25,641 bases of DNA from a virus (Duplodnaviria; Caudoviricetes): positions 1 to 25,641 of the IMG/VR virus record IMGVR_UViG_3300011114_000118. One strand, written 5' to 3'. Below the pieces are notes generated by a model. The model ran no database searches, was not told the origin of the DNA, and saw only the letters and a list, made by a program, of their open reading frames with translations. This document shows positions 24,101-25,641 of this stretch, one piece after another. Every line of letters starts with the position of its first letter. The stretch's first letter is position 1. A program made the translations under genes and the position numbers.

Positions 24101-25033
24101 TTATTTCACCGTCAATCGCATACTTGCTTGACCTTGTTTGAACGGGATAGGCTCACCGTATCTTTCATAGAATTGCGCTACTTGTTCTTCATCTAGCATT
24201 TTACGACCAGCCGTTTGCGACCAAGCCACCTTTATGCCATCAGATGTAACGCCTTCGGTGTTTTCAAGAAATGCTTTTAAGGCATCTTTTTCTTTTTCCA
24301 GTTCTTTTATATCATCGGAAACATCTAAATAGCGTTTAACGGCTTTTACAGTTTGATTATCCGTAATAGTTATTTCCGATTTTTCTTTTCCCTTACCACC
24401 GCAAGCCTGACCAAAATAAGGGCAATAATGTTGGCAAAATTGCGCCGCATATCGTTCGGGTGCTGGTGGTTCGGTCATATTTTGCACTTCGCGATACCAT
24501 TCCATCGCTTCTAGTGCAATTGCTTCGTTATATTCTTCCGTGTGTATTTTGATATTGCGCTCATCTCCATCACGCGGTATAGCCACTAAAGTAACAGTTT
24601 TAGGGTCGCTTGCTCCAGCGTATTTAATAAGCCAACCATATAACTGCACTTGCCAGCGTTGTTGTTTGCTAGGAAAATAATCCAAATTGCGTAACTTGGT
24701 TGTTTTCCAATCAATTACTGCTCCTATTGCTGGTATATACATATCTATATGCCCTTTTATGCCATCTTTTTCAAACTCTTCCTCTAGCCAATAATCCTTC
24801 CATTCATTTTTGATAGTTTGCGTAAAAGCATTTTCTATCATTTTATGAATAGCGGTTCCCATAAGTGCTGGGAGTTTTAAGGTGTTATTTTCTTTAGGAG
24901 TGCGTTGTAATTGATGCCAAACCTGCCTACGGCAACCACCAATTTGGCTTACGCCCACTTCGGTTTGTTGGCTTCGTTTGCGGTCAGCGTCATAAGTTGT
25001 TAGCGTTTTAACTAACAATTCATCTATTTTCAT
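24101..25033 (-). CDS. Cas4/RecB-like PD-(D/E)XK exonuclease
   Basis: 'SQIGGCRR', 'GTAIH', 'GHID', 'IDWKT', 'QVQLY' and C-terminal 'CQHYCPY...C' (1+3 Cys, 4Fe-4S-type arrangement). Confidence 0.88.
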   Translation of the reverse strand: MKIDELLVKTLTTYDADRKRSQQTEVGVSQIGGCRRQVWHQLQRTPKENNTLKLPALMGTAIHKMIENAFTQTIKNEWKDYWLEEEFEKDGIKGHIDMYIPAIGAVIDWKTTKLRNLDYFPSKQQRWQVQLYGWLIKYAGASDPKTVTLVAIPRDGDERNIKIHTEEYNEAIALEAMEWYREVQNMTEPPAPERYAAQFCQHYCPYFGQACGGKGKEKSEITITDNQTVKAVKRYLDVSDDIKELEKEKDALKAFLENTEGVTSDGIKVAWSQTAGRKMLDEEQVAQFYERYGEPIPFKQGQASMRLTVK

Positions 25034-25043
25034 TTTATCCCTT

Positions 25044-25382
25044 TCAGATTTCTAATGAAGCCCTAACGGAAGTTCCGATAGAGCGTGCAATATCCACTTG
25101 TGTGCGAATACGCGTAGCGTTAGCCCTAGCCGCTTTAACTATGGCTTCTGCTTCATTTAATGCCGTAAATTCATCACGACAAGATAACAATGCGTGGTCA
25201 TTTACATCTTGAACACGCATTTTTTCCGACCCATAACTTAATCGTGCCGTTGCTATGGCTATTTCATACTGGGTTTTGGCTCGGTGATAACCGTGCTCGG
25301 CTTTCTCTAGGAAACTGTGTGCATCATCAATTTCTTTAGATAAAGTTGCTAATCTATTTTCTATAGCCTGTGGTGTAACCAA
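25044..25382 (-). CDS. Coiled-coil protein, possibly a UvsY-like recombination mediator (start moved to TTG at 25382, 112 aa)
   Basis: AAGGAG 7 nt upstream of TTG; all-helical; adjacent to the exonuclease. The functional call is tentative. Confidence 0.6.
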   Translation of the reverse strand: MVTPQAIENRLATLSKEIDDAHSFLEKAEHGYHRAKTQYEIAIATARLSYGSEKMRVQDVNDHALLSCRDEFTALNEAEAIVKAARANATRIRTQVDIARSIGTSVRASLEI

Positions 25383-25485
25383 TTGGTTTCTCCTTTCCAC
25401 TATTTCCACAAATTGAACACGCATCATCTGCGTTGCTTTTCCAGTTTGCGCAATACCAACAACGGTAAGGCTCTTTACTCACCAT
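25354..25485 (-). CDS. Micro zinc-finger protein, 43 aa (MVSKEPYRCWYCANWKSNADDACSICGNSG...), not in ORF track
   Basis: CxxC-x10-CxxC; start overlaps the end of the upstream gene. Confidence 0.62.
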   Translation of the reverse strand: MVSKEPYRCWYCANWKSNADDACSICGNSGKEKPIGYTTGYRK

Positions 25486-25641
25486 CGGCGTGATTAGCAA
25501 TCCCAATTACAATAATTAAGGCTTCGTCTTTTTCAAAACCAGCCATAACTAAATTGGCATATAGTTCAAACAATTTATCCACCGATACCGACACTAAAGG
25601 CTTATCATCCTTTTTGGTAACAGTTTTAATTGTGGTGCTGG
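25475..25641 (-). CDS. 3' part of a hypothetical protein (...LFELYANLVMAGFEKDEALIIV...)
   Basis: Open frame from the window edge to TAA at 25475; 'ELY..L..AGF...EAL' motif common in small phage proteins. Confidence 0.65.
   Translation of the reverse strand, partial: STTIKTVTKKDDKPLVSVSVDKLFELYANLVMAGFEKDEALIIVIGIANHADGE

Noticed and set aside
24101-25033. CRISPR-Cas locus because of the Cas4-like nuclease
   Set aside because: No cas1/cas2 or repeat-spacer array; solo Cas4-like exonucleases are common in phage recombination modules.

Overview
A 25.6-kb segment of a tailed dsDNA phage with a siphovirus-type tail; GC is about 40% by eye. Every credible gene is on the minus strand, tightly packed with TAATG/ATGA couplings. 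In transcription order (right to left): (1) a replication/recombination block with a Cas4-like PD-(D/E)XK nuclease, a RepA-like initiator carrying an internal 7-bp tandem repeat, tiny Zn-finger ORFs, a secreted lytic-transglycosylase-like protein, RusA, HNH, SSB and an HTH protein; (2) a ParB-N gene plus an ABC-ATPase/GNAT (Mom-like) fusion directly upstream of TerS/TerL, a candidate packaging-coupled DNA-modification system; (3) a five-gene fibre/appendage cassette between TerL and portal; (4) head genes: portal, Mu gpF-like protein, protease with a probable nested scaffold, and a capsid protein with an inserted domain; (5) neck and tail genes: tail tube, tail chaperone with a clear -1 frameshift, tape measure, Dit and the start of a minor tail protein. 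SSB type, Shine-Dalgarno style and low GC suggest a low-GC freshwater actinobacterial host (inference). Other notable signals are a hairpin whose loop can pair with the chaperone RBS (possible pseudoknot switch), an out-of-frame coupled start for RusA, and no GATC site found by manual reading. No tRNA, CRISPR, integrase or reverse transcriptase was seen. All product calls come from motif recognition and synteny, not database searches.
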